A stretch of 64,000 bases of DNA from the human T2T-CHM13v2.0 reference genome, Homo sapiens. Below, in pieces: positions 58,304-64,000 of this stretch; the first letter of the stretch is position 1; each line of letters opens with the position of its first letter. The position numbers and the translations under genes were made by a program. Under the pieces are notes generated by a model that did not search any database, was not told where the DNA came from, and saw nothing but the letters and a program-made list of their open reading frames with translations. The DNA is taken from assembly GCF_009914755.1 (NCBI RefSeq), contig NC_060928.1. One strand, written 5' to 3'.

Positions 58304-58609
58304 TGAAATTGCAATAAATTCTCCTTGACAGAAACTCAGTCAAGCCAGCATGTAATCTTCTGCTGTCAGGAAGAGTAATGATGAGTGGTATACATTCTTC
58401 TGTTCTATGGGAAAAAAAAAATAAATAGATGAAGGATGTTGCTTGCCTGGGAAGATGGAAGTTAATTTTCCAAAGCTGCTTTTCAAGGCTCGGCTTGCTT
58501 TCTTTGTGGGGTCTCCTTTTTATCACTCTTGTGAAAAATGAATACTTTTAGGAAGGCACTCTTTGGTCCATTCCTTGTCACCACTTCTTTCCCATGAAGA
58601 AGAAGTAAG

Positions 58610-58850
58610 AGGATCTGGAATTAGATAAATTGGGGCTTGAACCCAAGCTCTGCCAGTTATTAGCTATGAGTTCTTGAGCAAGTTGTTTCCATACCCAAGC
58701 CCCAATAAAGGAACTTGTAAATAAGAGTAATAATAGTACCTCTCTCCCAAGTCTTATTATGAAGATTGACTGAAATAAGACATGCTACATGCTTAGACTA
58801 AAATGGTGGCATTTTGTTAAGTGCTCCATAAATGTTAGTTGCTATTATCA
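58610..58850 (+). mobile_element. MIR
   Basis: CTCTGCCAGTTATTAGCTATGAG...TAATAATAGTACCT...TAAGTGCTCCATAAATGTTAG. Confidence 0.7.
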
Positions 58851-58859
58851 TCACCATCA

Positions 58860-59180
<321 letters not shown>

Positions 59181-60121
59181 TAGTTGTCATTACTTTCTAC
59201 CATCTCTAGAGATATCACTTTTTTTTTTTTAACAGAGTGTTTTCCCAATTCAAGGTCAGAGCTTTGGGATTCCACAATCATGTTTTGGGACCACTGCAAA
59301 GGGTGAATTTGAGAAAGTGAAACCAAATGGACTTTAATAGGCTTCTTCCCTTCTGCTAGTTCATCTCAAGAAGTTTTGCTTTGTGTGTGTATGTGTGTGT
59401 CTCCTCTCCATTTTATTTTGAAAACTCTATTATAATCCAATCATGCAACAAATATTTTAGAAAAGTTACTATGAATCATCCCTATCAACACACAAATATC
59501 TTGACTATCCACCAATTTTAAAGATAAAATAACACTCCATGACTACCTATCTCCTTTCAAGCACTGCTCATTAATCTGCTTCTCTTCAAGCAAAGCTCCC
59601 AAAGAGGTAGATGCAATTGGTATCTCCTGTTGATCCCCCAAACTTCTCCTTTCAATGCAAGCTTCCTTCCCCAACACTATTGAGACCACCCTTGTCAAAG
59701 CCAGCAGTGACTTGAGTTGCCAAATTCACTGACCATTTCTCTATCCTTCTGGCACTTGACTTCACAGCAGCATTCAGCCAAGTACACCCTCCCTTGTTCT
59801 ATTGTTGTTATTCTCTACCATCTTTAGAGATACTATATTTTCACCAGCTTCTTCTGGTGTCCATGTCCTCACTTTCTTCAGACTTCCATCTAACCAGTTT
59901 TGCAGTTTTGTTATTGTTGTTGTTGTTAATTTCTTCCCAATGGCTTGAAGTGCCTAGAGCATTTCCCAGGCCCCCTTTCCCTTCTCAACCTCTACTCTCC
60001 TTAGGTGATCTCATCCAGTCTAACGGCTTTAAATGTCATATATACAACTTTGAAGCCCAAATTTTATCTCAAGATTTTAATCTTTTTCTGACTTATATAT
60101 TAACTCCTACTAAATGTCATC

Positions 60122-61641
60122 TGATATGGTTTGGCTCTGTGTCTCCACCCAAATCTCACCTGGAATTGTAATCCCCATAATCCCGATGTGTTAAGGGCAG
60201 GACCGGGGGAGGTAATTGAATCATGGGAGCAGTTCCCCCATGCTATTCTTGTGATAATGAGTGTGTCTCACAAGATCTGGTGGTTTTATACACCTCTGGC
60301 ATTTCCCCTGCTCGCACTCATTCTCTTTCCTGCCGCCCTGTGAAAAGGTGTCTTCTACCATGATTGTAAGTTTCCTGAGGCCTCCCCAGCCATGCAGAAT
60401 GGTGAGTCAATTAAACCTCTTTTATTTACAAATTACCCAGTCTCGGATATGTGTTCATAGCAGCATGAGAACAGATGAATATAGTAAATTAGTACCAGGA
60501 GTGGGGTGCTGCTATAAAAGTATAGCTGAAAATGGGGTGCTGAAAATGTGGAAACAACTTTGGAACTGGATAACAGGCAGAGGATGGAACAGTTTGGAGG
60601 GCCCAGAAGAAGACAGGAAAATATGGGAAAGTTTGGAACTTCCTAGAGACTTAGAGGGCTCAGAAGACAGGATGATGTGGGAAAGTTTGGAACTTCCTAG
60701 ACACTTGTTGAATAGTTTTGACCAAAGTGCTGATCACAATATGGACAATGATGTCCAGGTTCAGGCTGTCTCAGATGGAGATGAGGAACTTCTTGGGGAA
60801 TGAAGCAAAGGGGACTCTTGCTATGTGTTAGCAAAGAGACTGGTGGCATTTTGTGCCTGCCTAGAGGTCCATGGAACTTTGAACTTGAGAGGGATGATGT
60901 AAGGTATCTGGCAGAAGAAATTTCTAAGCAGCAAAGCATTCAAAAGGAAGCAGAGCATGAAAGTTCCTTTTGGAACTTTAAGGTTTAATGACCGCCCTGT
61001 TGGATTTTGGACTTGCATGCAGACTGTAACCCATTTGTTTTGACCAATTTCTCCCATTTGGAATGGGTATATTTACCCAATGCCTGTACCCCCATTGTAT
61101 CTAAAAAGTAACTTGCTTTTGATTTTACAGGCTCATAGGTGGAAGGTACTTGCCTTGTCTCAGATGAGACTTTGGACTTGGACTTTGAGTTAATGCTGGA
61201 ATGAGTTAAGATTTTGGGGGACTGTTGGAAGGGCATGATTATGTTTTGAAAAGTAAGGACATGAGATTTGGGGGGGACCAGAAGCAAAATGACATGGTTT
61301 GGCTCTGTGTCCCCACCAAATGTCACCTTGACTTGTAATCCCCACGTCAAGGGCAGGACCAGGTGGAGGTAATTGAATCATGGGGACAGTTTACCCATGC
61401 TCTTCTTGTGTCAGTGAGTGTGTCTTAAAAGATCTGATGGTTTTATAAGTATCTGGTTTTTCCTGTGCTTGGACTCATTCTCTCTCCTGCTGCCCTGTGA
61501 GGAGGTGCTTCCACTATGATTGTAAGTTTCCCAAGGCCTCTCCAGCCATGCAGAACTGTGAGTCAATTAAACCTCTTTTTTTTAAATAAATTACCCAGTC
61601 TCAGGTATTTCTTCATAGCAGCATGAGAACAGATGAATATA
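60122..61641 (+). mobile_element. Two-LTR THE1C/D-like MaLR with internal deletion, inserted in an L2-like relic
   Basis: LTRs 60122-60483 and 61290-61641, both ending ACAGATGAATATA; perfect 5-bp TSD TCATC (60117-60121 / 61642-61646); internal region only ~0.8 kb. Confidence 0.93.
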
Positions 61642-62714
61642 TCATCTTAGATTTATCTTGTTCTTAGTAAACCAAAGAAAAAGTTTGACCATGTCATACC
61701 CTCATTTAAAATCCATCAAATTTCTTGGATCTGGCCCCTGACTCACTCTTCAAGCCTCATCTCTCAATATATTTTGACCCTGCTTATGCTTAATACTCAC
61801 TCTATGCCATGTGACCAGTGTTGTTTTCTCTACACATTGTGCTCATGTGTTTCCTTTTTCATAGAATGTGCTTTCTCTCTATCTTTGTTAATGTCCCACA
61901 AATTCCTATGTACACTACTCAGACCCTATATCTGATCAGACTTAAATGTCCCTTCTTCTACCCACCTGGTGCCTTAGCCACCTGTCAAGTACTTATATCT
62001 TGGTTTATCATTACCTATTCTTTCCCTCACCAGCATGTGAGCATCTCAAGAGTGCAGTCTGTGTCATTCAGCCATATAGTCCCAGCACCTGCCATAGTGT
62101 CTTGCAGACCACACCAGCATTGTCAGGATCAACATTTAAGATTTATTGAGATTACTCTGTACCAGGCATTGTACCAAGTGTTTAGAGAAACCCTAATGTT
62201 AGGGAGAAAGCACCTTCTCTTTCTCCATGCTTCTGTCCATGGTGTAGTGCTTTTATCCTCTCTCCTCCTCCCCAGGTCAAATGGAATTACTTTTCTGATT
62301 GGAAGATGCAGAAGACGAAGTTAAGCACACGTAGTTCAGCACCATCTTCATTGCTTTCTCATAGGAGAGTATTGTCTGCAATGAGCAGTTGCTTCTCCAT
62401 GCCAAAAATGCCCCTGTGGCTGGGTGTGTCAGTCTTTCTAATTCTGGGGATTGCATTAAAAATCCCACTTTTCTGTTTTTGCAATATCAGTATTATCAGG
62501 GTTTTAAAAAATGATATATTGGCCCTGCCTACTGACTCTTTTACTTTTCATTTGGTTCAAAATTCAGCTGGGGGAAGATGAGGGCTTTTTATTGGGTCCC
62601 CACTTGAAGGTCCCAACCCTTATGAAGCCTGAAATATTATCCCACATAGTAAGTTCTCAATTAAAGTCAATTGAACTAAAAGAAAACTAAGTCTAATATA
62701 TTTATGAATCACAG

Positions 62715-63065
62715 TAGATAGCTTATGCTGTGGAATATATTAACATTGATATTTCATGACTTATAGACATTTGTTTCTTGCTCATACTACATGTCCCAGA
62801 CATGATCCCCATAATAAAGACCTAATATATGGATGTACCACCATCTTGTCATTATGTCATTTCAGCACATGACTACAAGGTACTCCCAGCAAGAGAGAAA
62901 CATTTGTAAGTTTACATCATCCTTTATTATTTCCAACTGGAAGTTGCACTTCCATTTATAGCCATTTGGCCAGAACAAGGAATATGGATCTGTGCTAACC
63001 ACAAGGAAAACTGAGAAACGTAGGAGGGCGTGTGGGATATTTAGCAAGCCTTAGGGTCTCTGCCA
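62715..63065 (-). mobile_element. Old MLT1K/L-like LTR
   Basis: TTTCTTGCTCATACTACATGTCC...CATTTGGCCAGAAC...CACAAGGAAAACTGAGAAA. Confidence 0.45.
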
Positions 63066-63132
63066 CAACACTTGAACACCATGCAATAGTATGTCTGGAG
63101 ACAAGGAACTCTTGACTGAACTTCATGGTGAA

Positions 63133-63854
<722 letters not shown>

Positions 63855-64000
63855 GTAAATGAGATGCATACTACGTGAAATCAGACAGATAGAAAGGGGG
63901 AGGTCAGGCATCATGTACAGAAAAAGGTCAAGCAAGTGGGACTGGAGGGATCCCCTATCCACTTCTCAACCTGAACACTCAGTTTCCTTATTTATAAAAT

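Noticed and set aside
60261-60803. 180-aa ORF
   Set aside because: Spans the THE1 LTR/internal boundary, has a non-ATG start and no recognisable domain

Overview
This is primate (human-like) genomic DNA, intergenic or intronic, and dominated by transposable-element relics. I see no supportable cellular protein-coding exon, RNA gene or CRISPR array. The long ORFs in the track are LINE-1 fragments or artefacts of Alus, LTRs and low-complexity tracts, and the track also accepts GTG/TTG starts. Main content: (1) a full-length, retrotransposition-dead L1PA2-like element (+, 27778-33824, perfect 18-bp TSD) with an intact antisense ORF0 and an ORF1 stop at the RRM/CTD boundary; (2) an L1PB1-like element (-, ~8456-13389) with its 5'UTR fused directly to ORF2; (3) a short L1PA2/HS-like 3' fragment with no visible TSD; (4) seven dimeric Alus and one monomer; (5) a two-LTR THE1 with an internal deletion, a one-sided THE1, and several MST/MLT1/LTR16 solo LTRs; (6) hAT MITEs, MIR, L2 and L1M relics, and microsatellites. 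I found no new biological system. The most unusual signals are DNA-repair scars: a 29-nt filler matching a site 7 kb away at the THE1 breakpoint, and a fold-back templated insertion in L1 ORF2. Several TE-free blocks look like candidate enhancers. Subfamily names and consensus comparisons come from my recollection of Repbase/Dfam consensus sequences and were not computed.
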